DNA of 29,722 nt from a virus (IMGVR_UViG_3300017784_003818:1-29722); one strand, 5' to 3'. Positions 15,670-25,139 are shown, counted from the stretch's first letter. Numbers and translations are program-made. Notes: generated from the sequence alone by a model not told the origin.

Positions 15670-16985
15670 AGATACAGGCTCATGAACCCATCGACCTTCT
15701 CGCCAATGTATTTGATTTGTTCCGGCGTAATAACCGGGCTACATCCATGGAAGTACGTGTTCTTCATTGTGAATGTGGCCACAGGGAAGTTGTCTCTGGC
15801 TGCTGCCGGATCCATCAAGTGACTATACGCTGGCTGCAACATGATGTTGCCGGCAAAGTAAGGTCGGGTTTGAATTAGATTTTCTTCAAGATAGTCCACA
15901 ATGTCCATGCGTGTAAACGGTACACCCTCACGGATAGTCAGCGGGAAAGCAAACCAGCTTACATCTGCTTTGTCCTGAGCACGGGGCAGGTGGAAGAACT
16001 CTTCGTATTTTTCATAAATTGCAAACAGCAGATCATAGTTGCGTTGACGTAGTGTGTGAATTTCTGGCAACTTCTTGATCTGTTCTAGCCCCATGGCTGC
16101 TTGCAGCTCGATGGGCTTCAAGTTGTAACCAATCTCGTCGTACACATACTTGTGGTCAAATATCACGCCTGGCATCTCGGGAATCCACTCGTTGAATCGT
16201 TTGCCACAGGTGCCACATTTTAACTTATTGGCCTCGGGACCTACACAATAGCAGCCCCGTCCCCACTCACGTAGAGAACGAACAATGATCTCTTGGTCGG
16301 GATCGTTTAGTGCAACAAATCCACCCTCGCCCATGGTCATGTGGTGCGCTGGATAAAAACTACAGCTGGCCATTTCGCCAAAACTGCCCAAGGGTTGACC
16401 ATCGTATGTTGTGCCTAAGCCATCACAGCAGTCCTCTAGCAGCACAAGCGAGTACTTGCGGACCAAGTCCATAACACGGTCCATGTTAGGAGGGTTGCCT
16501 AGCACATGAGCAAACGTGATAATTTTGATATCTGGATCAGTTGCAAGAATCTGTTCTGCTTGATCCAAGTCAATGTTCAGAGTGTCAATTTCAATATCGC
16601 AGAACACAGGTGTGAAATTGTTCTGAATAGTTGGATTCAACGTTGTAGGGAATCCTGCAATAGGCATCAGTACCTTGGTTCCGGTAGGGAAGTTGTATCC
16701 GCGCTTGGACTTCATTGCGGTCATCATGAGCAGGTTGGCGCTGCTCCCGGAGTTGGTCAGCACACCACGAGTCTTACCAAACTCTTTCGGAAACGTTTGC
16801 TCAAACTCTAAACTCTTGTTACCCATAACAAGCCAACCGTTGAGCAGTACTTCTGCTGCTGCCACATACTCCGAAGAGTCAAAATGCGGCCCTGCATAGT
16901 TTACAAAGTCTTTACCTGCGACCCAGGTTTTGTCTGTTTGTTTATTATCAATATATTTTTTAATATCTTCTAATATTTGTTTCAT
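15666..16985 (-). CDS. rfbH: NDP-4-keto-6-deoxyglucose 3-dehydrase (E1, DdhC/RfbH-like; PMP and [2Fe-2S])
   Basis: NSGSSANL, EDCCD, SFYPAHHMTMGEGG (His replaces the Schiff-base Lys), WGRGCYC...C, DHKYVY..IGYNLK. Confidence 0.88.
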   Translation of the reverse strand: MKQILEDIKKYIDNKQTDKTWVAGKDFVNYAGPHFDSSEYVAAAEVLLNGWLVMGNKSLEFEQTFPKEFGKTRGVLTNSGSSANLLMMTAMKSKRGYNFPTGTKVLMPIAGFPTTLNPTIQNNFTPVFCDIEIDTLNIDLDQAEQILATDPDIKIITFAHVLGNPPNMDRVMDLVRKYSLVLLEDCCDGLGTTYDGQPLGSFGEMASCSFYPAHHMTMGEGGFVALNDPDQEIIVRSLREWGRGCYCVGPEANKLKCGTCGKRFNEWIPEMPGVIFDHKYVYDEIGYNLKPIELQAAMGLEQIKKLPEIHTLRQRNYDLLFAIYEKYEEFFHLPRAQDKADVSWFAFPLTIREGVPFTRMDIVDYLEENLIQTRPYFAGNIMLQPAYSHLMDPAAARDNFPVATFTMKNTYFHGCSPVITPEQIKYIGEKVDGFMSLYL

Positions 16986-17719
16986 ATTTTAATTAAAAGT
17001 TGATTGCACATTTCTCTCATAATGTTTATTACAGCTTGACTACCACGACTGCCATGAAAATGTAATATGTGAGCCTGCTTTATATGTAAAGCATTCCATT
17101 CATTGTGCCAATCTATTTGCCAATCTATTGCCTGTTGGTCCGTGACTCTTAAATTCATTGCTTGATAGGCCATCTCTGGATGTAGTCTGTCAGAGTTCGA
17201 AATATTTTGACTCCAAAACATGGCATTATGTCTTAACTGATCAAACCCCCAATTACGGTCTGGGTGAGTTTCTCTTTGAGTCAACCACTCTTCGCCCAAT
17301 TTCCATACATCGGTTGACATGGTGTGTGGATAATATTGTATATCATCGTTGTAATAGTGTGCAAAATCTTTATAACTTTTTGGATCTGTATAATTGAACA
17401 ATCGGTATTGAGAGAACCTGTCAGAAAACAACTCTGTGGGCTGGATCATAAGTGTGTCGGCACCTGCCCAAAATATGTTGCAAGTTTCTTTGTGCCACAA
17501 TTCTTTGATATCTAACCAATTTTGATAGGTGCAAGTATCGCTATTGGTAGCAGGATCAGTCCACAATACTACTTCAAACGGTTCTTTTACAAAGTGTCGA
17601 AAACTGGCTAATCTTAAACGATACATTTCTTGATAGTCTAAATGCAGTTGTGCACTGTTTCGATACATCCAGTTCTCTGATATAGGGCGAACTGAACATA
17701 CTAGATAGTTCTTTACCAT
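16982..17719 (-). CDS. Putative GT-A (GT8-like) nucleotide-sugar transferase
   Basis: IFWAGADTL (DxD variant), FDQ and C-terminal HILHFHGS; sugar-operon context. Confidence 0.5.
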   Translation of the reverse strand: MVKNYLVCSVRPISENWMYRNSAQLHLDYQEMYRLRLASFRHFVKEPFEVVLWTDPATNSDTCTYQNWLDIKELWHKETCNIFWAGADTLMIQPTELFSDRFSQYRLFNYTDPKSYKDFAHYYNDDIQYYPHTMSTDVWKLGEEWLTQRETHPDRNWGFDQLRHNAMFWSQNISNSDRLHPEMAYQAMNLRVTDQQAIDWQIDWHNEWNALHIKQAHILHFHGSRGSQAVINIMREMCNQLLIKI

Positions 17720-18663
17720 ACAAAATTATTCCTATAATTCTCGACTATTTGTTCTAGTTCTTGGTCAAAACAGGCCACTGGTGACCAACCTAATTTTTTT
17801 AATTTGCTGTCATCGATAGCGTAGCGCACATCCTGACCACGTCTTTGACTGTCAGTGATGTAATTCTCCCAGCAATCTTCAGCACCGTTGCCGGGAAAGT
17901 GATGTAAAATCTTTTTAATAACATCTCGATTGGGCATTTCTGTGTTGCCTGAAATGTTGTAGATTTCATTAATGCTGCCTTGATCGATAAGAGTTATAAC
18001 TGCACGAGCAGTATCATCGGCATGTAACCAAGTTCGCACAGGATTACCGCGATCATGTAGGTCGATCTTCTTCCCTAGTGTGAGATACTTGATCGACTTT
18101 GGAATTAGTTTCTCTACATACTGCCCAATGCCATAGTTGTTGGTTGGGCGCACTATAATGTACTTGATACCAAAGGTTCTGTTCCACGCCAACACCAGCA
18201 TGTCAGCCGCAGCCTTTGATGCCGAATATGGATTCGATGGTCGTAACATATCTTGTTCAGTATGTGCACCCGAATTGATATCTCCATAGACCTCATCGGT
18301 ACTAAATTGCAAAAACACCGGCGCTTTGTGACTGGGTTGTTGCTTGATTAGTTCCAGCAAGTGATGTACCCCGTTGATGTTGCTGCGGATGAAAACTTCC
18401 GAGCTCATGATGGAGTTATCTACGTGTGTTTCTGCAGCCGTGTTAATAAAATAGTCGCAGTCAACCAATCGGTCTAAGTCGTTGATATCAGATTTGATAA
18501 ATTTGAACGTGGGATACGTTTCAAACTCAGTCATGAAATTACAATTACTGGCGTAAGTGCAACTATCTACCCCAATCACATACCATCCGAGGTCTAGGCA
18601 TTGACGTGTCACGTGCGATCCTATAAACCCCAAACATCCGGTCACGTAGACAATTTTCTTCAT
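17713..18663 (-). CDS. rfbB: dTDP-glucose 4,6-dehydratase-like SDR
   Basis: VTGCLGFIG, AAETHVDNSI, STDEVYG, PYSASKA, NNYG, GQDVRYAID. Confidence 0.9.
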   Translation of the reverse strand: MKKIVYVTGCLGFIGSHVTRQCLDLGWYVIGVDSCTYASNCNFMTEFETYPTFKFIKSDINDLDRLVDCDYFINTAAETHVDNSIMSSEVFIRSNINGVHHLLELIKQQPSHKAPVFLQFSTDEVYGDINSGAHTEQDMLRPSNPYSASKAAADMLVLAWNRTFGIKYIIVRPTNNYGIGQYVEKLIPKSIKYLTLGKKIDLHDRGNPVRTWLHADDTARAVITLIDQGSINEIYNISGNTEMPNRDVIKKILHHFPGNGAEDCWENYITDSQRRGQDVRYAIDDSKLKKLGWSPVACFDQELEQIVENYRNNFVW

Positions 18664-18675
18664 AATGTACTTATA

Positions 18676-19497
18676 TTATATCGACGGGGTCGATAGATGT
18701 TTGTTCACATCTGCAGCTATCATCCGCTCCCAGGGCAGTTGTTTTCCTTGTGCCACACTCGTCCAATAACTCATATCATAGCCCTGTGATATAAGATAAT
18801 TGCCGATTGTTTGGGCTTCTGTTAACCGTTGTTGACGTCGCGGCACATAGTTAAAATCTCGCGGATCCGATGGTTTACCTTCGAACACTATTCTCTTCCT
18901 GAAGGTAGCGTCGTTGTTTTTTCCGGTAAGGTCGTATCGTTCGTGGTCCACATGTACGTCAATTTTAACCATGATATCCAACAGCCAGGCTACCTGACTC
19001 ACCCAGGCATCGTTCAGCTGGTGCTGACTAAAGTGCCCAATCAGTTCAAGCCATTTGCGAGGCACAATAGGGAAAATGCTGTAAGGGTGTTTGTTGTGTG
19101 TTTCGAATGCCTGCAAACAAAAACGGTCACCTTGGTTTTTGATCGTTGTGTCCCAATTTGTAGTACGCATTATTGCGTCGTCATTCCAAAACACCATCCA
19201 TTTGCCTGTGCTGGTGTGTGCAAGTTGGTTCACATATTCGTGCAGTCGAGCGTAGCCCATTGGCTCAAAGCCAAGGCAGGTATATTTTGCCCCGGACTCT
19301 TGAATTTTAGGTAGAACATGGGATTGAAAGTATGCAAAACTTTCGGCATCATCGTTGTCAAACCCAAAGCACCACTGGATGTCAGCTGGCTCTTGTGCAA
19401 GGTTGATCAAACTTTCGATACTGCGCTTTAACTGTTCAGTTCGTCCCCGTGTGGGCAATAGGATACTGATGCCCGGTACTACAGTATCCGAAATCAT
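18676..19497 (-). CDS. Glycosyltransferase family 2
   Basis: ISILLPTRGR, GFDNDD, VFWNDDA. Confidence 0.8.
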   Translation of the reverse strand: MISDTVVPGISILLPTRGRTEQLKRSIESLINLAQEPADIQWCFGFDNDDAESFAYFQSHVLPKIQESGAKYTCLGFEPMGYARLHEYVNQLAHTSTGKWMVFWNDDAIMRTTNWDTTIKNQGDRFCLQAFETHNKHPYSIFPIVPRKWLELIGHFSQHQLNDAWVSQVAWLLDIMVKIDVHVDHERYDLTGKNNDATFRKRIVFEGKPSDPRDFNYVPRRQQRLTEAQTIGNYLISQGYDMSYWTSVAQGKQLPWERMIAADVNKHLSTPSI

Positions 19498-19979
19498 GCG
19501 TCGGCAAACTCGTTGTCTTCTCGATGCCCTTGCCGACCTGCCATGTTGCTATCGGTTTCCCGCACTTCGACCTTGCAGCACCAGACTCGTGCAGCCTCTG
19601 TACTGCCGCAGTTTGGTAGAAAGATAGTGTTGACGTACTCGTACAAAAAGTCAGCAAGGCCCTCACATCCGGTCTTTTCCACTTCTGTAATCTTGGCCAG
19701 TTTAAGTCTACCAAGCTCCAACAAGTGGTCACGCATGGGATCGTCTTGCGCAACCAACAAGGTATGGTCGAACCAGTTTTCAAGCTCGTCCTTTAAGGGC
19801 TTTAGACCGCCAAAGTCAGTGCACCAGTTACGTGCGTCTAAGGTGTCGCATTCAAACTCAAAGTGAAAGCTCATGGCATAACCATGAATTAGATTGCAGT
19901 GACTATCTGCCCTCCATTGCCGATACGCTACTGGGCCAATTTGCTTGTAAGTTTTTGTACTAAAATACTTTTTTGCCAT
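19494..19979 (-). CDS. queD: 6-carboxy-5,6,7,8-tetrahydropterin synthase QueD
   Basis: HCNLIHGY, DFGGLK, FDHTLL, GCEGLA, VEVRET. Confidence 0.88.
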   Translation of the reverse strand: MAKKYFSTKTYKQIGPVAYRQWRADSHCNLIHGYAMSFHFEFECDTLDARNWCTDFGGLKPLKDELENWFDHTLLVAQDDPMRDHLLELGRLKLAKITEVEKTGCEGLADFLYEYVNTIFLPNCGSTEAARVWCCKVEVRETDSNMAGRQGHREDNEFADA

Positions 19980-19990
19980 GCTATTCTCCC

Positions 19991-20203
19991 TTAGTTATCG
20001 AGATCCATCTCGCCGGCTTCTTTAACAAGAGCTAGCACTTCTTCGAGACTATTACACAAGATCTTGGCATTGACATAGTCGCCCTTCTTATTCCGGCCGC
20101 CTGCGTCTACCATAAAGCCATTGTCATACCGATTAACTGTGTATGATTCACTTATTTTGGTTAGCTTATCGCTAAGTTTGTTTACTGATTTTGTTGTTGA
20201 CAT
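19991..20203 (-). CDS. Hypothetical protein (70 aa)
   Basis: ORF fills the gap between folE and queD, with a purine-rich RBS. Confidence 0.7.
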   Translation of the reverse strand: MSTTKSVNKLSDKLTKISESYTVNRYDNGFMVDAGGRNKKGDYVNAKILCNSLEEVLALVKEAGEMDLDN

Positions 20204-20245
20204 AGTTTTCTCTCTTGCTAATTTATCTATTCTACTATTAGATGA

Positions 20246-20938
20246 TTAGTTCCTGTGACCTTTCATACTCAAGCAGATATCGTAAAATTCTTTCTTCAAT
20301 GCAGGATCCTTCTCAAATGCACCCATCATGATTGCTGTGGTCATATCACTAGAGTGTTCCCGTACGCCGCGTTGTGTCATACAAAAATGTTCTGCTTTGA
20401 CAACAATAGCAATGTTATCGGTCCTGGCATATTGTTTCAGTGCGTCGGCAATTTGTGTGGTCATCTCCTCTTGAATTTGAGGGCGCTCGCAAATATGATG
20501 CACCAAACGGTTGAACTTGCTCAACCCAATCACTTCGGTGTCGGGCACAATCCCGACCCAGCAGCTACCCACAATGTTTTGAAAGTGGTGGGCGCAGGTG
20601 CTACGAATAGAAATAGGCCCTGTAGTGTACAAGCTCTTATATCCCATGTTAGGGAAAGCAGTGATCTTGGGCACCGGACGATAGCGTCCACTGAAAGTTT
20701 CCTTTACGAACATCTTGGCCACGCGGCGTGCAGTGTCGTGTGTGTTGTGATCGTTTTCAGTATCAATCACCAAAGAGTCAAGTACGCCTTGCATTTTTGC
20801 AGCCACCTCATCAACAAGGCCTTCAAGCTCACCTTCGTGTACAAATTCGGCAATATTGTCATTGCTGTGAAAACGGGCGCCGGCTGCGTTGATACGGGCT
20901 CGGATTACTTGGGATAGATTGCGTTCTAGTTGGGTCAT
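20246..20938 (-). CDS. folE: GTP cyclohydrolase I
   Basis: TARRVAKM, STCAHH, IGLSKFNR, PQIQEEMT, AEHFCMTQRGV. Confidence 0.95.
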   Translation of the reverse strand: MTQLERNLSQVIRARINAAGARFHSNDNIAEFVHEGELEGLVDEVAAKMQGVLDSLVIDTENDHNTHDTARRVAKMFVKETFSGRYRPVPKITAFPNMGYKSLYTTGPISIRSTCAHHFQNIVGSCWVGIVPDTEVIGLSKFNRLVHHICERPQIQEEMTTQIADALKQYARTDNIAIVVKAEHFCMTQRGVREHSSDMTTAIMMGAFEKDPALKKEFYDICLSMKGHRN

Positions 20939-20982
20939 ATATGTTTGTTGGTTAAGATTAAGAATGGATACAGAATGTATCT

Positions 20983-21011
20983 ATTATACAGGTTATTTAG
21001 ATAAATGTCAA
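20983..21011 (-). promoter_or_regulatory. sigma70 promoter with nested late-type TAAATA (20994-20999), upstream of folE
   Basis: TTGACA-N17-TATAAT exact; the spacer contains CTAAATA and the -35 box contains the upstream stop. Confidence 0.8.
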
Positions 21012-21586
21012 CTAACAAAATTAATTTGCCGCAAGTCCGGATAACCCGCTTGCTGAGATAGTGGCTGAATGGTTGGCAGCAAGTTACTTCCCCGCTTACA
21101 ATCTTCAAGGGTCGGGCAATAGTGCCACCCTGGGCCGAATGTTGATTGAGCTTGCCAAGGAGCAATTGCTAGGTCTCGACCATCGCTGCGCATACGACTC
21201 AACTGTGAGTATGCTGGCTTGTCGTCAAGCAAGATAGCTCCGCATTTACCAATAGTCATGGGCTTACTGTGTCCGAAACTCAAGCATTGTACTTGGCCTG
21301 TGCGGTACATTCTGGGTTCAAGGCGCCGCGCTGAATCCCAGATGTTTGTGCCATGGAATTGATATTCACCTTGCCAAGCTTCATCAGTTAGGGTATATTC
21401 AATTCCCAAGTTAGCTAGGCATTGCGGTATACTAATATAGGTGCGGGCAGTGAATTCACACTGCCCGACTTGATACCATCTCATAGCTAGTTCAATGGCA
21501 TGGGTACATCCGTCTGTAACTACTACATAAGGTGCACCTGTGTACTCGGCTAATTCTCGTTCAAAACGGAACAGACTGTCAAACAT
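21008..21586 (-). CDS. Compact DegT/DnrJ/EryC1/StrS PLP aminotransferase-like protein (192 aa)
   Basis: FERELAEYTG, VTDGCTHAIELA, IWDSA, CLSFGHSKPM (Lys retained), GKCGAIL. Confidence 0.75.
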   Translation of the reverse strand: MFDSLFRFERELAEYTGAPYVVVTDGCTHAIELAMRWYQVGQCEFTARTYISIPQCLANLGIEYTLTDEAWQGEYQFHGTNIWDSARRLEPRMYRTGQVQCLSFGHSKPMTIGKCGAILLDDKPAYSQLSRMRSDGRDLAIAPWQAQSTFGPGWHYCPTLEDCKRGSNLLPTIQPLSQQAGYPDLRQINFVS

Positions 21587-22526
21587 TATACCAAGACCAA
21601 GCGTGTGAAATCATATCGTCAAGAGTAAATTTCTGCCAGCCTTTATAGATTCTTCCAAATTTATCTGCACTAGCAGTAAGTACATCTGGATCCCCAGATC
21701 TGCGTGGCCCTGTTGACACCTGTAATTTTTTTCCAGTAATGTGTTCGGCTGCATTAATAATTTCTAAATTACTAGTGCCCTTGCTTGTTCCGAGATTATA
21801 TACGCCAGCAGGCATATCATCATATAATGCACTCACATGCGCATCAGCAATGTCTTGCACATGTACATAATCTCTCACACAACTACCGTCATCTGTAGAA
21901 TAGTCTGCACCATTTAAAATAAATGGCTTGTTATCTCGAATACTCTCCAGCACTCTTGCAATAATATGAGTAGCCCCAGGTTCTTGTCCGTGACGACCAC
22001 TCATATCTGCGCCGCAAGCATTGAAGTATCGAAAAGAAACATAGTCGAGCCCGTATGCTTTGCAATAACTTTCTAATACCTGTTCGACCATAAGTTTGCT
22101 CTCACCATATGGACTAATTGGTTCACGCGGATCAACTTCATGACATGGATTCATGATCGGTGTCCCGTATACTGCTGCCGATGAACTAAAGATAAACTTA
22201 GTTTTTGGTATTGCTTGCAACATAAAGTCCAACAGATGTATGGTCTTAACTACATTGTTATTATAGTACTCGCACGGAGTTGACAGACTTGGACCAACCA
22301 AGCTTGTGCCAGCGCAATGTATGATAGCATCTGGCCGCGCCTCGAGCAACTGTTGTTTAGCAACATCACTATCGAAATCTGCCTGGAGAAAACTCATTAC
22401 ATCTTTGTCAAAATGATCCGGCAAGGGCCGACGATCAATGCCAATGACCGTGTGCCCGGCATCTTTAAGACGTAATGCAATATGACCACCTATGTATCCA
22501 GCGGCACCAGTTACTACAGTACTCAT
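21579..22526 (-). CDS. galE: UDP-glucose 4-epimerase
   Basis: VTGAAGYIG, SLVGPS, FSSSAAVYG, PYGESK, RYFNACGA, DGSCVRDYVHVQD. Confidence 0.9.
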   Translation of the reverse strand: MSTVVTGAAGYIGGHIALRLKDAGHTVIGIDRRPLPDHFDKDVMSFLQADFDSDVAKQQLLEARPDAIIHCAGTSLVGPSLSTPCEYYNNNVVKTIHLLDFMLQAIPKTKFIFSSSAAVYGTPIMNPCHEVDPREPISPYGESKLMVEQVLESYCKAYGLDYVSFRYFNACGADMSGRHGQEPGATHIIARVLESIRDNKPFILNGADYSTDDGSCVRDYVHVQDIADAHVSALYDDMPAGVYNLGTSKGTSNLEIINAAEHITGKKLQVSTGPRRSGDPDVLTASADKFGRIYKGWQKFTLDDMISHAWSWYNV

Positions 22527-23734
22527 GCTTCGATCTTAACCACAGGATACTTGGCGTGTGCGACATGATCTCGATACCTGGGACCAACACGCCGCCACTG
22601 TTCGCCTTTGCCTTTGTCCTCGAGGATATCCACAATGCGATCCACAGTGCTGTTGTTCCAATCAGAGATCAGGCCCATGTTGTGATGTGGTTTTTGCAAC
22701 AAGCTGGTAAGCTTGTTGAACGCATCATCTTCACTCCAGGGCACATACAAACGGTCCGGATCATTTGCAAACGTTTCCGGAAAACTGCGATAAGCTGGAT
22801 ACAGTACATTGCATCCTAGCGTGTCTGCTTCGCTTACAGTGTTGCTGACCCAGTCTTGCAAGGCACAATTAAACAGTACTCGAGTATTATTCAGCAGTGC
22901 ATAGTAATCATTCTTGCCGAGGTTCTCGTGAATTTCAAGCAGCCCTTGTTCCTGCATGGCTCTGGCGCGGTCAATGTATCGAGGGTTGTTGCTGCGCATC
23001 GGCCCGCCTGAAAACACAGCAAACTTGACTTGCGGGTATGTTGCTTGATACTCCTGCGCCAGATCCATAAAGAAGTCTGGTTGTTTCTCTTGGTCAAACC
23101 GTGCAGCAAATCCAACACGAAGATCTCGCGATTTGAACGGAGCAACATTCTCGGCACCACCAATGCGTTCTAGCACTTCTTCCTTGCCAAACGCCAGGCC
23201 ACTGATGTTGTAGATCGGGGCCTTCCATCCAGCAATACGCATGTGAGCAACCATCTCTTCGTTGGTAGCAAGCACACCGGTTACAAATTCATTAACCATC
23301 TTCTCGTATGTGCTCATCCATCCGGCCATACCCCATACATGAACAAAATCATCGGGGTCAATGGCTTGTGCAAGACAGCGCACATAGATTCGAGGACGCA
23401 TGTTGAGCGGCACTTGATCCAGGATGTAAGGCAAACTTTCAATGCCGGGTTGAAACATGTCCTCAAAGTAGATGACATCTTCGTTAGTGACATCACCACT
23501 GCGCATCATTTGCACCAAGTTCATCATCTGGCTCAATGAGAAATAGCTGCGACCGTGTGCATCCAGCACCTGGCCCACACTGATGCTTTTGGTGTTGTCA
23601 ATCACCGATCCAGGCACGTACACAACATCAAGTCCGCGGCGATCAAATACTCGCCGATTCCACTCTGTGAGTTGAAGTGTGTAACGAGCCTCGTAAGCCT
23701 CCAAGCCCATGTAAAACAACTTACGCACTGGCAT
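22523..23734 (-). CDS. GT-B fold (GT4-like) glycosyltransferase
   Basis: Start likely ATG 23734 after AGGA; FAARFDQEKQP, QDWVSNTVSEADTLG, YRSFPE. Confidence 0.8.
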   Translation of the reverse strand: MPVRKLFYMGLEAYEARYTLQLTEWNRRVFDRRGLDVVYVPGSVIDNTKSISVGQVLDAHGRSYFSLSQMMNLVQMMRSGDVTNEDVIYFEDMFQPGIESLPYILDQVPLNMRPRIYVRCLAQAIDPDDFVHVWGMAGWMSTYEKMVNEFVTGVLATNEEMVAHMRIAGWKAPIYNISGLAFGKEEVLERIGGAENVAPFKSRDLRVGFAARFDQEKQPDFFMDLAQEYQATYPQVKFAVFSGGPMRSNNPRYIDRARAMQEQGLLEIHENLGKNDYYALLNNTRVLFNCALQDWVSNTVSEADTLGCNVLYPAYRSFPETFANDPDRLYVPWSEDDAFNKLTSLLQKPHHNMGLISDWNNSTVDRIVDILEDKGKGEQWRRVGPRYRDHVAHAKYPVVKIEA

Positions 23735-23963
23735 ACTTCCTAAACACGCGATCTTCGGGCTTGCGACCGTCAATCACCCACATGTCCTTGGCAGCTTTGT
23801 TCTGCTGGTTCTTGGTGAATTGTTGATAAGCATAGCTCTTCCAATTGTAGAGATCGGATTCGTCGTACATGTATCCGAAGTCTTGGCAAAATTCCAAGTA
23901 CTGATCCAAATCATCAAAGATTTGGTGGACACGGGGGTTAGGTTCAAAAACAGTTTTAGCCAT
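23721..23963 (-). CDS. Hypothetical protein (80 aa)
   Basis: IFDDLDQYLEFCQDFGY.YDESDLY; overlaps the start of the glycosyltransferase. Confidence 0.7.
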   Translation of the reverse strand: MAKTVFEPNPRVHQIFDDLDQYLEFCQDFGYMYDESDLYNWKSYAYQQFTKNQQNKAAKDMWVIDGRKPEDRVFRKYASA

Positions 23964-23974
23964 ATTTTTTTTAA

Positions 23975-24418
23975 TTAAATTTTCAAGCGGTTAGGAGGTT
24001 GGTGAGTTTCGTAACGTATAAGGCATCCGTTCTCACCGTCTTCGGATACCTCAATCCACACTGCACGTCCAGGATGTCGGAAACTGATATGAGTGTATAG
24101 GTCATCTGCAATCATCTCGCAACTTTTATAGTCTAACGCTAGTATAGCATCTTTGTAGAGATTTTCCAACCATCTTTTGAACTGAATAAACTCAATATCC
24201 CGGTCATCATGGAACACATCAATCCAAACGCGGAAGTGAAAGATATGACGGTGCGGGTAGCCCAGAAAACTTACATCATATTCGTCCCCGGTAGCCAGCG
24301 CCGGGTCAGTTAATGCCGCCGGATACTTGTGGATACCTTCTTTTTGAAAGGTAACCCAGATCATCCTGGATGCAGCTTTACGAATACGTTCAGTGGAGTC
24401 TCTTTGGTCTTGGCTCAT
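23975..24418 (-). CDS. dpdL: QueD-like T-fold protein of DpdL type (putative CDG decarboxylase)
   Basis: FLGYPHRHIF matches LxxxHRHxF; DRDIEF, SCEMIA, EVSEDGENG; no QueD catalytic Cys. Confidence 0.75.
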   Translation of the reverse strand: MSQDQRDSTERIRKAASRMIWVTFQKEGIHKYPAALTDPALATGDEYDVSFLGYPHRHIFHFRVWIDVFHDDRDIEFIQFKRWLENLYKDAILALDYKSCEMIADDLYTHISFRHPGRAVWIEVSEDGENGCLIRYETHQPPNRLKI

Positions 24419-24930
24419 AGTGTTTTGTCCTTTGTATATTCATCCCAGCTTGTAAAACGATTCCGTGCCATGAGATCATGTACACTGTGACACCATACCC
24501 CGGGGTTTGTGGCATCAAAGTCATAATCATCAATCTTTACGGTTGCATTGTATCCCAGTTGCTGGATGTAGGGAATTTTAACAGATATCATGGGGATAAA
24601 TTTATAATTTTCGGTTAGGCCGCTTTCAAGTAATCCTTCTACACAATTTACATCAATGTCAAGTGTACAGGTGTACTCAAGCTCCAAGAAGAAACTAATC
24701 ATCTCTTCCCATTGTCCCCAGTTTTCCGCATCATTGATTGTTAGCCTAGGAAAGCTTTGATTAGCCCCAAAATAGATATGTTGAATAGAATCGCCGGCGC
24801 TGAGTTGAGCAGCAATGTCATCTACAGATTGTACCCCTACAACAAACAAGGTGTTCTTACCCCGCTGTGGAGTATTTTCAACTTCGATACCGGTAAAGAA
24901 CTTGATGTCCTCATGTCCTTCTCGATTCAT
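24415..24930 (-). CDS. Hypothetical protein coupled to dpdL
   Basis: 171 aa; GIEVENTP, HIYFGANQSF, KIDDYDFDATNPGVWCH; ATGA overlaps on both sides. Confidence 0.75.
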   Translation of the reverse strand: MNREGHEDIKFFTGIEVENTPQRGKNTLFVVGVQSVDDIAAQLSAGDSIQHIYFGANQSFPRLTINDAENWGQWEEMISFFLELEYTCTLDIDVNCVEGLLESGLTENYKFIPMISVKIPYIQQLGYNATVKIDDYDFDATNPGVWCHSVHDLMARNRFTSWDEYTKDKTL

Positions 24931-25139
24931 CGCCGGTCCTCCGAGCCAAGATCTACCCGCTGGTTATGTTCGTGTTGTTGACGACGCAGAAACCGTAGTT
25001 CGTCAAGCACAGCAAGCCGCCGTTTCTTAAGTTCTGATATCTGATGGTCTTCGAAAACGTTGTTCTTTTCCATAGCATCGACCCGATTATCTAGATCGGC
25101 GTGCACGTTTTCTAAGTGTCGAATTCTAGTTTCATACAT
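24927..25139 (-). CDS. DUF465/YdcH-like coiled-coil protein
   Basis: HADLDNRV...ISELKKRRLAVLDEL. Confidence 0.7.
   Translation of the reverse strand: MYETRIRHLENVHADLDNRVDAMEKNNVFEDHQISELKKRRLAVLDELRFLRRQQHEHNQRVDLGSEDRR

Noticed and set aside
18668-18675. TATAAGTA just upstream of rfbB as a late promoter
   Set aside because: It is a one-mismatch variant in a 12-nt AT-rich gap: plausible, but too weak to call.
12979-19497. Bacterial O-antigen locus or chimeric contig
   Set aside because: There is no wzx/wzy or ABC transporter, the cassette overlaps the queD stop, and it is flanked by phage-type genes and promoter motifs.
19436-21165. Alternative minus-strand ORFs 19436-19783 and 20935-21165
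   Set aside because: They are out-of-frame overlaps with queD, degT and the folE promoter, with no motifs.
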